Shown here: in pieces, positions 54,965 through 64,000 of the stretch
How the letters are laid out: each line of letters starts with the position of its first letter
Position numbering within the stretch: position 1 is the stretch's first letter
Virus record (IMG/VR): IMGVR_UViG_3300020577_009596
Coordinates: 37,557 to 101,556 of that record
Origin: a virus
Taxonomy: Duplodnaviria; Caudoviricetes
Reading direction: 5' to 3' (one strand)
DNA length: 64,000 nt
Program-made: the position numbers and the translations under genes
The notes under the pieces: model-generated
The model's input: only the letters and a program-made list of their open reading frames with translations
Told to the model about the DNA's origin: nothing
Databases searched by the model: none

Positions 54965-56434
54965 TCAGGAGATCGAGTTGAGGAGGTAGCCGGTCTGGGG
55001 CGATTGGAGGACAGCTGCGTAGTCCTCGACCACGCGGCCGACCTCGCGGCGGTTGTCCGGGTCGCTCTTCTGCTCCGTCGTCATCTGCTCGTAGAAGCGG
55101 AAGGCGAAGGTGCTGAAGTCGAGCGTCTGGTTGTCGCTCTGCACGATGCCCTGCGGCTTCGAGCTGATGACCGCCTGCGTCGCACCCCAGACGTACGAGC
55201 GGGTCGTGCTCGGCGGGCTGGGGACGTTGCCCGGCTTCGGGGTCGTGACGACCACGGCGTTCTCGACGACGAGGCCGAGGCCGTACAGGAACGGGGCGAG
55301 CCCGTACCGGCGGTTGGGGTTGCGCTGGTCGGTGATCGCGGCCAGGGCGTCCGGGCTGCCCGTGATGTACTGCTTGTACTCCGGGCTCTTGCTGATCAGC
55401 CGGGCCAGGGTCGGGTTCAGCGTGATGTGGAGGGCCTCCTCGTCCGTCACGATGCCGCCCGACGCCTGCTCGATCGCGATCATGGCCGTGTTGATGTCGG
55501 CCTGGATGTAGCTGTTGGCGATCGACGAGGTCGACCACGCGCCGGAGGCGTTCGAGTAGTTCGTGCCCCAGGTGCCGGTCCAGTTCGCGCTGTTCGTCGC
55601 GATCGTGGTGTTGATCAGCGTGCGGACCGTCATGGCCTTCGCCGCCGCCATCGCCGCGTGCTCCGCGAGGATCGGCCACTCGGCCTGCTCCACGCTCTTG
55701 CGGCCGAGGTTGAACGGGAAGCAGTAGCGGGCCGTGCGGTACGCCACGAACCCGAACGCCTGACGCTCCTGACGGCCGCCGGGGGCGTCCACCGAGTCGT
55801 CCCACAGGTAGTCGTTGACCGACTGGACGCGGTACGGGTCGTCGCCGCCGAGGGTGAGATAGTACCCCTGGTCACGGGGGACCTGGAGCTCCTTCACGTA
55901 CTTGTTGATCCGGAAGTACTGCGGGCTCCGCGTGTACTTGATCATCAGCCCGGTGGCCTCCCACGACGGGATGTACGTGTTCGAGCCGCCGGGGTAGTAC
56001 TGGTTCGGCCAGGTCGTCGCGTACATGACCGGGCGGGCGTCGGCGCGGCCCAGGACCCGGTTGTAGGCGTACGAGGGGCGGGCGGCTCGGGCGTTGCCGC
56101 TCGCGCCCATGTTCGAGTAGGAGACCTGGCCCTGCCGGGCCGCGAAGCCCGTCGCCGGACCCTGCTGCGGGAGCCACTGGCTCAGGGCGTTGCCGTTCCC
56201 CGAGTTGAGGGACGGGTGCCGGGCCTCGTTGGTGAACTGGTTGGGCAGCGGGGCGTGCCGCATCTCGTACATGAGCTGCTGCTCGCGACCCGCCCAGTCC
56301 CGGTTCCGCATGCGGTCGCCGAGGGCGGGGTTGGGCGGCGGGAGCTGGGGAGCCCCGAACGCCTGGACGTTGACCGAGCCCTGACCCGCGAGGATCTGCT
56401 CGCTGCTGCCGATGGACGCGCCGGTGGGAAGCAT
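54965..56434 (-). CDS. major capsid protein with ~135-aa N-terminal extension
   Basis: follows the protease and decoration genes; GSNTYIPS...FRINKYV...C-terminal GYLL; GGAG RBS. Confidence 0.75.
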   Translation of the reverse strand: MLPTGASIGSSEQILAGQGSVNVQAFGAPQLPPPNPALGDRMRNRDWAGREQQLMYEMRHAPLPNQFTNEARHPSLNSGNGNALSQWLPQQGPATGFAARQGQVSYSNMGASGNARAARPSYAYNRVLGRADARPVMYATTWPNQYYPGGSNTYIPSWEATGLMIKYTRSPQYFRINKYVKELQVPRDQGYYLTLGGDDPYRVQSVNDYLWDDSVDAPGGRQERQAFGFVAYRTARYCFPFNLGRKSVEQAEWPILAEHAAMAAAKAMTVRTLINTTIATNSANWTGTWGTNYSNASGAWSTSSIANSYIQADINTAMIAIEQASGGIVTDEEALHITLNPTLARLISKSPEYKQYITGSPDALAAITDQRNPNRRYGLAPFLYGLGLVVENAVVVTTPKPGNVPSPPSTTRSYVWGATQAVISSKPQGIVQSDNQTLDFSTFAFRFYEQMTTEQKSDPDNRREVGRVVEDYAAVLQSPQTGYLLNSIS

Positions 56435-56528
56435 GACTTACTCCAGATGCGTGACTTGGGTTCTCTGAATCTCTTCGGTCACGACGAGCGAAGACGGTCC
56501 CTGGCGGGGGACGACGAGGCCCTCCGGC

Positions 56529-56984
56529 TCACGAGCCGGTCGGGGACCACGGGTAGATCTCGATCTTGACGTTGCAGCTCTGGCCGCTGCCGGCGAAGCT
56601 GAGGGCTCGGGCCAGGATCCACTGGTTCCACGGGCCGAACGGGCTCGCCTTGCGGAGGTAGCCGCTGTTCGAGGAGACGCAGAGGTCGTTGGGCTTGATC
56701 TGGCCGCCGTAGGACGGGTCGACGTCCCAGAGGCACTTGCGGCCGGTGCCGTAGACCGGGACCTTGCTGTTGTCGCCGGTCTGGGCGAGGACGTAGGGGT
56801 AGGAGCTGTTGCCCACCATGCCGGGGGCGAACTCGCTCTGCTGCGGCGTGATGCCGATGCACAGGGCGTTGTAGCCGCCGAGGTAGCACTGGCCCTGGTT
56901 CGCCGGGTCCAGCATGACCGCCCGCGCGCCGTAGATCGTCTCCGACGGCGCGAAGGTGTAGTCGAGGTCGGTGTCCATGCTCAT
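56529..56984 (-). CDS. capsid decoration/cement protein
   Basis: 151 aa between scaffold and capsid; IGIT...VPVYG...ARAL. Confidence 0.6.
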   Translation of the reverse strand: MSMDTDLDYTFAPSETIYGARAVMLDPANQGQCYLGGYNALCIGITPQQSEFAPGMVGNSSYPYVLAQTGDNSKVPVYGTGRKCLWDVDPSYGGQIKPNDLCVSSNSGYLRKASPFGPWNQWILARALSFAGSGQSCNVKIEIYPWSPTGS

Positions 56985-57087
56985 GACTGATTCGCTCCGT
57001 GGAGGTCTTGGTCAGGGGGCCGTCGGTGTCTTGGCGGGGCCGACTCGCACGGCCCCTCCGTCTCCGGCAGACGGTGCTCGCCTCGGG

Positions 57088-58920
57088 TCACGTGCCGTAG
57101 GGGTCGCCGAACGGGTTGCCCGGACCCTGGACCTCGCCGTTCATCCCGTACTGGGCCTGGGGGCCGCCGTACTGGACAGACTGCAGGGCCTGGGCGTACA
57201 TGTCGGGCGGGGCGTCCGCCGGGGTCGCGCGGAGGGCGGCCATCATCTGCTCGCGGGTCGCCCGGCCGCCGTTCTGGGGCGGTCCCACGTCGTGCATCGG
57301 GCTCGGGTCGCCCATGATCGGCGGGAGGGCCTCGGTGCCGACCCGGCTGTACTTGGTCATGATCTCGTTGATGAACCCCGGACGGTGCTCGAGCGGGGTC
57401 CGCTTGAGCTTGGTCGCGTCGTTCGCGTCCACGGCGTAGCCGAGTCCGGCGAGGCGGCGGATCTCAGACTCGCACGCGGCGGTGTCGGCCTGGTCCCGCT
57501 CGTACATCACGACCTTCTGGCTCTCCTCCATCGACCGGACCTTGGCCTGGAGCTTGTCGAGCTCGAGCTGGTACGCGACGGGGATCCGCTCGCCCTCATA
57601 GCGACCCGCGTTGCGGGCGTAGGGGCTGTCCGCGGTGCCCTGTCCGCCGGGGAATCCGGGGGACGGCGGCGCGGCCGACGGGGTCGGGGCGTAAGCCTGC
57701 GGCTTGCGACCGGCCTGCATGTAGCGGCTCAGGTGCTCGACCGCCTGGCTCATGTGGTGGTGAAGGGCGTTCAGGCCCGCCTCGTCGTCCTCCTCCGGAG
57801 CGTTCATGCCCTGGTGAGGGGGCGTGCCCGGACCCATCAGCTCCTGTACGGGCGTCTGGCCGGGGATCTGGTCGGCGTAACGCTGGCCCTGGCCCCCGTT
57901 GCGGAACTGCCACTCGTTGGAGTGGCTCATCGCCGCCGGGGACTGGGTGTAGCCGCCGCTGAACGGTGCTCCGGACGGTGACGGCTGGTACATGAGCGGA
58001 CCGACATGGCGACGAGGGTCGAAGTTGTTCAAAGTCGGATCATTCGGAGAAGGTACCGGACCGCCGTTCAGGAATGCGTTCACTGCCGGAGAGAGGTCCG
58101 AGTAGTTAACAGGTCGCCCAACCAGGAGCGGCGCGGGTTGAGGAGCCGCGTAGCCGACCGGAGCCGGGCCGCGGGGGGCCTGCTGCTGCGGGGGCACCTG
58201 GGGCGGGGCCGCAGGCAGGCCGTAGCCGGTCTGCACGTGGGGGGCCTGGTACGCGGTCGGGTAGACCGGAGCGGCCTGGACGGGGTGGATCGGAGGCACG
58301 GTCGGGGCCTGCGGCGCGGGCAGCGGTTGACCGTTGGCGTCGTAGCCGTATGGCCACATGGGTGCGTCTCCAAGGAGGTACTGGTAGGCTGTCCGGGGCT
58401 GACCGGCGGCGGAGTACAGGACGGGACCCTTGACGGGGAGCGTCGCCCCCTCGTAGGCCACCACCCCGAGGTCGAGGTAGGGGTCGCGAGTGAGGAGCGC
58501 GACGCCGGTGATCTGCTCCGTGTCGTCGTAGTACTCGGACGACCGGTAGGGGAAGTTCTTGCGGTGGCCCTTATACGTCGGGTCGAGCCACTCGTCGACC
58601 ACGACTGCGGGCTCGCCCTTCGGGCCGAACGGCTGGACGCGAGCGTTGCGGTAGTACCCGGCGACTGGGGGCTGCTCCGTCTCCGGCTTGCCCGGCTCGG
58701 TGTGGCCGAGGGTCATGCGGATCGGGACCCCGCCCTGACGCTCCATCCGCTGCAGGTTCTGGGCGATGCGGTAGAGCTTGGGGACGTCGACCACGATCTC
58801 GCGGCCGGTGTTCGGGTCGACGCGGCGGTGCGGCTTGAAGATGGGGACGCCCGGACGAGTCACCCACTTGGTGGGGTCGTTCAGGCGGCTGGCGAACTCT
58901 TCTGTGGCGTCGTAGTGCAA
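57088..58920 (-). CDS. Mu-like prohead protease/scaffold protein
   Basis: VPIF..H, TLGHT, FPYRSSEYY, ITGVALL, then Pro/Gln-rich linker and coiled coil. Confidence 0.75.
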   Translation of the reverse strand: MHYDATEEFASRLNDPTKWVTRPGVPIFKPHRRVDPNTGREIVVDVPKLYRIAQNLQRMERQGGVPIRMTLGHTEPGKPETEQPPVAGYYRNARVQPFGPKGEPAVVVDEWLDPTYKGHRKNFPYRSSEYYDDTEQITGVALLTRDPYLDLGVVAYEGATLPVKGPVLYSAAGQPRTAYQYLLGDAPMWPYGYDANGQPLPAPQAPTVPPIHPVQAAPVYPTAYQAPHVQTGYGLPAAPPQVPPQQQAPRGPAPVGYAAPQPAPLLVGRPVNYSDLSPAVNAFLNGGPVPSPNDPTLNNFDPRRHVGPLMYQPSPSGAPFSGGYTQSPAAMSHSNEWQFRNGGQGQRYADQIPGQTPVQELMGPGTPPHQGMNAPEEDDEAGLNALHHHMSQAVEHLSRYMQAGRKPQAYAPTPSAAPPSPGFPGGQGTADSPYARNAGRYEGERIPVAYQLELDKLQAKVRSMEESQKVVMYERDQADTAACESEIRRLAGLGYAVDANDATKLKRTPLEHRPGFINEIMTKYSRVGTEALPPIMGDPSPMHDVGPPQNGGRATREQMMAALRATPADAPPDMYAQALQSVQYGGPQAQYGMNGEVQGPGNPFGDPYGT

Positions 58921-58968
58921 GTGAGGGCGTCTCGGATCGAGACCGCCCCGGCTACGAGGTGTAAGGTT

Positions 58969-59018
58969 CCGGTGAGCGTCCTGGACACGCCAGGGTATCT
59001 GTCCCGAACGCTCACCGG
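58969..59018 (-). promoter_or_regulatory. long hairpin in the leader of the head operon, downstream of a TATAAT at 59062-59067 (-)
   Basis: CCGGTGAGCGT...ACGCTCACCGG outer stem with inner GGACA/TGTCC. Confidence 0.5.
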
Positions 59019-59105
59019 CATGTCACGATCCCGCCGTCGCGGGTCGCTACCTCGTACCCCGATTATAGGAGTGGGCCAGAATTGCGTTAACGCGACGTCG
59101 GCTCG

Positions 59106-59327
59106 TCACCTACTGAGGCACCTGGCGGCGACCTGGACCAGCGTGTCCGTGTACTCGACCGGGACTCCGAGCCGCTCCCTCAGCCCGCGGATCAGCCTGC
59201 GGTCCGCCCCGTCGTCCCACAGCAGATTGGCGACCGTGCTCTCGGCCGAGACCTGGAGGGCCTGGCGACGCCCCCGCAGGTCCTCTACCGCCCACAGCAC
59301 CGGCCGGACCAGCTCCTCGATGCTCAT
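59106..59327 (-). CDS. small hypothetical protein
   Basis: MSIEELVRP..., ATGA-coupled to the RGP-like gene. Confidence 0.5.
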   Translation of the reverse strand: MSIEELVRPVLWAVEDLRGRRQALQVSAESTVANLLWDDGADRRLIRGLRERLGVPVEYTDTLVQVAARCLSR

Positions 59328-60517
59328 GACGCCCCCTGCAGCTTGCGGATCAGGTCGCGGAACCGAGCGGCCTTGTCTAGATAGGACCGCCAGTACTCCC
59401 TGAACTTGACGTGCGACTGCGTGTCGGCTCCCTCCAGCTTCGGGTAGCAGTTGGCGTACTCGGGGCCGTACTGCCGCCACGCCCACTCGTTCCACTCGAC
59501 CCCCAACCGCTCCTGCTCCACGTTCTTGAACGGGTCTGAGGCCCGCGTATGGATCACCGTAGACGCGCCGGTATAGACCGCCCAACTCATCGCGTCCATC
59601 GCCCGCTTGAGGAGGATTCCGCACCAGATGTCGGCGAAGCGGTTGAGCCCCTCGATGCCGCTGTCCGGTCCCATCGGAGCGAAGTACAGGTACGGCAGGG
59701 CGTTCCGGTGAACCATCACGTTCATCCCGCAGAACGGGAAGTACGTCCCTTTCGGGACCGGCCCACGGAAGTACGGCAGCGAGTAGGGTAGACGCGAGCT
59801 GTCGTAGCCGGTTCCGCCGCATTTGATGCAGTTACAGGACGGTAGGGCGTATTGAGGGTCTTTCTTCCCTCCCGCCGCTCCCGTCCCCTCACAAGACCGA
59901 CACTCTCCTAACTCCAGCTGCGTCTTGCCGTCGAAGTCCGGCACGTTCACCCACACGCCGTGGCTCACTTTGACCTGTGCTTCGTCGCGAATGCCGTAGG
60001 GGAAGCCCCGGAGGTAGGGAACTCTTCGATTTACAGAGTCCGTTTCACCGCCATTGATAATCTGATCTGCTTGCGACGGCGACATACAATCGCCAGTATC
60101 CAACGCCGTGTTCATCCATCTGATCGGGAAGCGGCGTTGGAGAACATCGAGGTGCTCTTGGATCGGGTCGGAACCGGCGGGCGGATGAACGTCGTCGTCG
60201 AGCGTTAGGATGTATTCGGTCTTGTACCGAGCTGCTCGAATGAACCCCATGTTTCTTACGGCGTCGGTTCGGCGACACAAGAGTCCGTCTGAGTTCCACT
60301 CCTTATAGAAGTGACAGTCGACGTACTTGACGTCCGCCCACAACCCGTCGACTACGCTAGTGACGTTACTGACCTCGAACCACGGCTCATCCCCGTCCCA
60401 CACCGTGATGAGCGTGACGCCGTGCCGCTCGAACAGCGGAGCCCACGCCTTACGGAACTCGGCCATCTGTTCCGGACGGATGCTCGGGACGACGCAGCAG
60501 ATCGAGGGCTTGCTCAC
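59324..60517 (-). CDS. reversibly glycosylated polypeptide (RGP/GT75, UDP-arabinopyranose mutase-like) with zinc-finger insertion
   Basis: VRNMGF, LTLDDD, RGFPYGIR, SHGVWVNVPDFDG, FPFCGMNV, RFADIWCG. Confidence 0.8.
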   Translation of the reverse strand: MSKPSICCVVPSIRPEQMAEFRKAWAPLFERHGVTLITVWDGDEPWFEVSNVTSVVDGLWADVKYVDCHFYKEWNSDGLLCRRTDAVRNMGFIRAARYKTEYILTLDDDVHPPAGSDPIQEHLDVLQRRFPIRWMNTALDTGDCMSPSQADQIINGGETDSVNRRVPYLRGFPYGIRDEAQVKVSHGVWVNVPDFDGKTQLELGECRSCEGTGAAGGKKDPQYALPSCNCIKCGGTGYDSSRLPYSLPYFRGPVPKGTYFPFCGMNVMVHRNALPYLYFAPMGPDSGIEGLNRFADIWCGILLKRAMDAMSWAVYTGASTVIHTRASDPFKNVEQERLGVEWNEWAWRQYGPEYANCYPKLEGADTQSHVKFREYWRSYLDKAARFRDLIRKLQGAS

Positions 60518-60786
60518 TTGACGGTCTCCGAGTAGTTGGCGGCGATCCAGTCCTGAACCTCGCGGGCGACCCGGACGTACTCACGACTCGGGGTCATGCT
60601 CCGCTCCTGGCCTGGGCGATAGGCGTCCCAGATCCGGTCTCGCAGCTCCTTCGGGACCATCCTCCAGTGACGGAGGCAACCCCAGAGGGCGGGCGGTACC
60701 TGCTTCCCGCAGCCGGGCCAGTGGCAGCAGTGGTCGCGGGTCTGCGTCTGGGTCTTGACGTAGGCGATCTTCTCACAGCGTAGCAT
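60514..60786 (-). CDS. conserved phage Cys/His protein
   Basis: HCCHWPGC...WGCLRHW...IWDAYRPGQE. Confidence 0.65.
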   Translation of the reverse strand: MLRCEKIAYVKTQTQTRDHCCHWPGCGKQVPPALWGCLRHWRMVPKELRDRIWDAYRPGQERSMTPSREYVRVAREVQDWIAANYSETVK

Positions 60787-60988
60787 CGAGTCCTCCTTGA
60801 GCTATCTCCTCGAGCCGAGCGACGTACTGGTCTAGTACCGCCGCCATAATCATCCCTACAGGAGTGAACAGGGGCGGGTCCGGGCAGTCAGTCGGTCTCT
60901 CGCACGAGCACGTCCCGTACTCAGAGCCGCCGCGATTCCTCATTCGACAGGGCTCGGGGTCGTCGAGGACTTGTACCAGACGGATCAT
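60773..60988 (-). CDS. hypothetical protein
   Basis: coupled ORF. Confidence 0.5.
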   Translation of the reverse strand: MIRLVQVLDDPEPCRMRNRGGSEYGTCSCERPTDCPDPPLFTPVGMIMAAVLDQYVARLEEIAQGGLDATL

Positions 60989-61671
60989 CGGATCTCCACT
61001 CCGGGGCGGCAGACCTCGTAGCGGTCCTCGGAGGCGACCCGCTCAAACAGGGGCCTACCGGCCGTCCGCCGCATCAGGGTCAGGCCGTGACGATACCGCA
61101 GCGGAGGCCGCGGGGCCGGGCAGGAGAACTCGACCGCCTCCCAACCCTCGTCTCGCAGGTGGTCGACGAGGTCCCGCTCGACCTGCTGGTGGACCCACCC
61201 GCCCGACGGCGCGGGGACCGACCAGCTCGTCTCCTTGCTCGGGTGGACCCCCGTGTCGTGGAGGGCGAGCAGCGTCCCGTCGTGGGCGATCCCGGCCTCC
61301 TGGAGTACCCGCAACGCCCGGAGCTGCTGATGGAAGTCGTGGACGTCGAGGAACACGAGGTCGGCCCGGATCGGAGCCCCGCCCTCCGTAAAGTCCCCCG
61401 CCGTCACGCTCCCCGCCTCTCTGTGGACGTGGAAGTGGCGGTCACCGACCGTCTGGATCGGGTCGCAGTCCACCGACCACACGGCCCCCTCCGGCCCCAT
61501 GGCCTGCAGGAAGTTCCGGGCCGAGTAGCCGTGAAGCCCGCCGAACTCGACGACGCGGGTGAACTGGCAGACGCGGCAGACCGCGTGCAGCAGCAACGCC
61601 TCGTCGTCCTGTACGGGACCCATGACGGCCTGGTCAGGGCTCTGCGTGAGGTGGCTCAGGTCGTAGTTCAC
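60985..61671 (-). CDS. class I SAM-dependent methyltransferase (Methyltransf_24-like)
   Basis: VVEFGGLHGYS, DLVFLDVHD, LALHDT. Confidence 0.8.
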   Translation of the reverse strand: MNYDLSHLTQSPDQAVMGPVQDDEALLLHAVCRVCQFTRVVEFGGLHGYSARNFLQAMGPEGAVWSVDCDPIQTVGDRHFHVHREAGSVTAGDFTEGGAPIRADLVFLDVHDFHQQLRALRVLQEAGIAHDGTLLALHDTGVHPSKETSWSVPAPSGGWVHQQVERDLVDHLRDEGWEAVEFSCPAPRPPLRYRHGLTLMRRTAGRPLFERVASEDRYEVCRPGVEIR

Positions 61672-61889
61672 TTTCTCTCCCTCAGTTCGACTCGGATGAC
61701 GTTGCTACAGTCGGGCACGACGACGAGCTGGTCGTCGCCGCAGGTCCGGACCTCGACGCCCCTCTCGGTCGCGACGATCTCGATATAGGTCAGCTTGCGG
61801 AAGTTGAGCCTGACCCGGTCGACTCCAAGGGGCTCGTCCTCGCCAGTCAGGATGTGGTAACGGTCGAAGGACGGGTTCTTGCGGCTCAT
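61668..61889 (-). CDS. hypothetical protein
   Basis: coupled ORF. Confidence 0.5.
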   Translation of the reverse strand: MSRKNPSFDRYHILTGEDEPLGVDRVRLNFRKLTYIEIVATERGVEVRTCGDDQLVVVPDCSNVIRVELRERK

Positions 61890-61904
61890 GAGAATAAGTA
61901 TAAC

Positions 61905-62711
61905 CTACCGGCAGAAGGGGAGGAGCCGCTCGGGGATCGGCTCGGAGGGGCGGTGGCAGACCTCGTCGAAGTGCCCGTCGAACGTGACGCGGTCTCGGAA
62001 CTTGTTCTGGAACCCGAGGCCGTCCTGGACCACGTCCTTGCCCCGCTGGCGGGCGACGAGACGGTTCCAGGCGACCTCCCGGCTCCGGTAGTGCAGGTGG
62101 ATCAGGACGAGGCTCGGGTCCGGCTCGGGCCTCTCGCCGAGCGGCCGGTGGAACCCGACCTCCCACCGCGTCGGCTGGCGGACGATCAGGGTCTTGTCGT
62201 ACTGGTCGTTGCGGACCCAGCGGTCGTCGGGGATCACCTCGTAGCCGGTCGCAGTCAGGCGGGGATACATCTGAGTCGCGTTCTTCGCGTTGCAGGCCGG
62301 GCACTCGAGATGGAACCTTCCCTCGTGGTCGGGACACGGCTTCTTGATCCAAGCCTGGTGCTCTCCAAGATACTGACTCAGTCCTGATGGGTACTTGCTC
62401 GGATCGGGAACCAGCAGCTCGTCCACCTCCGCGAACACGACCGTCCGGTACTCCCCGAGCAGCTCGTCGACCTGGGCCTCGACGACCGACCGCATCCAGT
62501 GGACGTCGTCAGACCGCGGACAGCCGACCGGGACCACCGTCAGCGGGAACCGGCTCGCCACGCACTCGTCCAGCGCACTCGTCAGCTCCGACGGGTCGTT
62601 CTCGTGGTCGAGCAGGACGAGGTCCCCGCCCGTCGCCCCGTAGTGTCGGAGCCAGATAGGCAGGAAGTGACTCTCGTTCCGGGCGATGGTCAGGCAGGCG
62701 AGCGGCTTCAT
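61905..62711 (-). CDS. GT2-like glycosyltransferase
   Basis: TIARNESHFLPIWLRHY, LLDH, EVDELL, YDKTLI, GFH, LIHLHY. Confidence 0.8.
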   Translation of the reverse strand: MKPLACLTIARNESHFLPIWLRHYGATGGDLVLLDHENDPSELTSALDECVASRFPLTVVPVGCPRSDDVHWMRSVVEAQVDELLGEYRTVVFAEVDELLVPDPSKYPSGLSQYLGEHQAWIKKPCPDHEGRFHLECPACNAKNATQMYPRLTATGYEVIPDDRWVRNDQYDKTLIVRQPTRWEVGFHRPLGERPEPDPSLVLIHLHYRSREVAWNRLVARQRGKDVVQDGLGFQNKFRDRVTFDGHFDEVCHRPSEPIPERLLPFCR

Positions 62712-62813
62712 CGTCCCCGTCTCCAAACTTTACGGGATCCAATCATAGTCGTTAGGAACCATACCCCATCGTCTCGCCACCAGCACAGGCAGTGTCGCCA
62801 TTGTTCGTTCATC

Positions 62814-63536
62814 TCACCCCTCCGAGTCGTCGTGGTAGTAGACGAGGTTGGTGTGGTTCTTGAGCGTGTCCCGCCACAGGCTCTTGACCTGGCAGACGTC
62901 CCGCACCTCGTACCCGGCCTTGAGCAGGCTCCAGGTCACGAGGTGGTCGCTGTAGAGGTGCAGGAACGGCTCCTCGTACGGGTGCTCCCACATCGCGCCG
63001 GTGCGGGCCGCGAACACCCCGCCCTGGACGTGCTGCGGGACGTGCCCGAGGCCGTGCTCGTCGACGAACCGGAACCGCTCGTGAAACGCCTCCCGCCTCA
63101 CCCGGTCGTCCGGCCACGCCCAGTGGGCGACCCCCTCCGGACTGTTCGAGCCCATCAGGTGGCCGGTCATGGCGACCTTGGGGTCCGCGAGCATCGGGTC
63201 GACGAGCAGGCCGGTCCACCGCGGGTCGACCATCCTCCCGTGATTGGTGCAGGCGTAGATCACGAAGTCGGAGGGGATCCGGCGGACCGCGAGGTTGATC
63301 GCACCGCCGTACGTCTCGTTGAAGCCTTGGTTCCAGACGTAGCTTCCAGGGTCGTATCCGCCCGGCCCGTCGAAGGCGTTGCACAGCTCATGGCTGTACT
63401 CCGGCGAGTTGTCCACGCACGTCACCCGCCACTGGTCCTTGAAGCAGACCTGAAGAGACGGCAGGACGTCGCGACGCCACCGCTGGGCGGTCCGCTCGGC
63501 GTTGTCGTAGGCGACGAGGACGACGTGGACGATCAT
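62814..63536 (-). CDS. GT2-like glycosyltransferase
   Basis: VVLVAY, CVDNS, NETYGGAIN, HVQGGVFA. Confidence 0.7.
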   Translation of the reverse strand: MIVHVVLVAYDNAERTAQRWRRDVLPSLQVCFKDQWRVTCVDNSPEYSHELCNAFDGPGGYDPGSYVWNQGFNETYGGAINLAVRRIPSDFVIYACTNHGRMVDPRWTGLLVDPMLADPKVAMTGHLMGSNSPEGVAHWAWPDDRVRREAFHERFRFVDEHGLGHVPQHVQGGVFAARTGAMWEHPYEEPFLHLYSDHLVTWSLLKAGYEVRDVCQVKSLWRDTLKNHTNLVYYHDDSEG

Positions 63537-64000
63537 TGTTTTGACTTGAGAGTGTAAAAGAACCCTCTCGAATTCTTGTTGGTCGGGATCTTCTCCGCCC
63601 CGAGTGACTCCCACATCCTGACCGCGTCTGGAGTCGTATTCCCCTGAGGATCGCTCGAGACCTGACCGTACTTGTTGACGAGACTGAGGAGGGACTTACG
63701 ACCGAGTCCCTTACCCCTCGCAGACTGCTCGTACAGCTTCACGTCTTGGATCGTCATTCCGATCGGGGGGCCGTAGTCGGCCAGAGAAAACACCCCGACC
63801 TTTTCGCCTTGAGGACCGACGAACTCATAGTTCGGATACTCGGGGAACCTCGGATTGCTCTTGTCGACCAGCGAATAACCGCCGCCAAGATTCCCTTCAG
63901 ATCGTTTCGGCTCCCTCACCCCGCCCTCCGGCGGCAGCGGCTTGCCCCGGCTCTCGCCCGACTCGACCGCCCGCCGCTCCTCGGGGCTGGCGTCGACGAG
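63533..64000 (-). CDS. C-terminal GNAT-like domain of an ORF that begins beyond the window
   Basis: frame open to 64000; ARGKGLG acetyl-CoA motif, SSD...TPDAVRMWESL. Confidence 0.6.
   Translation of the reverse strand, partial: LVDASPEERRAVESGESRGKPLPPEGGVREPKRSEGNLGGGYSLVDKSNPRFPEYPNYEFVGPQGEKVGVFSLADYGPPIGMTIQDVKLYEQSARGKGLGRKSLLSLVNKYGQVSSDPQGNTTPDAVRMWESLGAEKIPTNKNSRGFFYTLKSKQ

Noticed and set aside
59106-59327. Acyl carrier protein
   Set aside because: Size fits, but the DSL phosphopantetheine serine motif is absent
35-63557. Many long Arg/Gly/Pro-rich ORFs in the track (e.g. 35..1018+, 2036..4210-, 2527..4497+, 47288..50812+, 54671..56569+)
   Set aside because: Shadow frames of real high-GC genes; no motifs or RBS, and they overlap better-supported CDSs
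1-64000. tRNA genes, integrase, terminase/portal, stop-codon reassignment
   Set aside because: None recognised by eye; genes end at standard stops with normal coupling; packaging genes probably lie beyond 64000

Overview
The window is an internal 64 kb stretch of a GC-rich tailed phage (or prophage) genome. A Planctomycetota host, probably Gemmataceae-like, is inferred from a phage CsrA and a gene with the planctomycete 'RLRVERLEDKLTPA' export motif. Four modules are visible. (1) 1-22.5 kb, mostly minus strand: replication, recombination and nucleotide/DNA modification. It encodes a Dam-like protein, primase-helicase, a C5-methyltransferase/glycosyltransferase fusion, a UDG-like protein, dCMP deaminase, Nmad1, a MazG-like enzyme, ThyX, a TS-like enzyme with a dCMP-type Asp, PolA, a Sak4-like ATPase, a PD-(D/E)XK nuclease, CsrA, UDG and EndoVII, plus four homing endonucleases. 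(2) 22.8-35.2 kb, plus strand: an HTH protein, a P-loop protein, a mirror-symmetric iteron origin and an early region driven by six copies of one promoter cassette. (3) 35.2-58.9 kb, minus strand: tail and head genes (Mu-like protease/scaffold, major capsid, adaptor, major tail, frameshifted chaperone, tape measure, fibres) with a fifth homing endonuclease. (4) 59-64 kb: a glycosyltransferase/RGP/methyltransferase cluster. No terminase, portal, integrase, tRNA or CRISPR was recognised. The main hunt results are a probable new cytosine hypermodification pathway, two HNH cassettes that each supply a recoded copy of the last ~31 codons of their target gene, a shared Met-Pro-Pro-hydrophobic N-terminus on unrelated DNA-acting proteins, and a conserved three-way-junction RNA upstream of two homing endonucleases. 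All assignments were made by eye from motifs; no searches were run.
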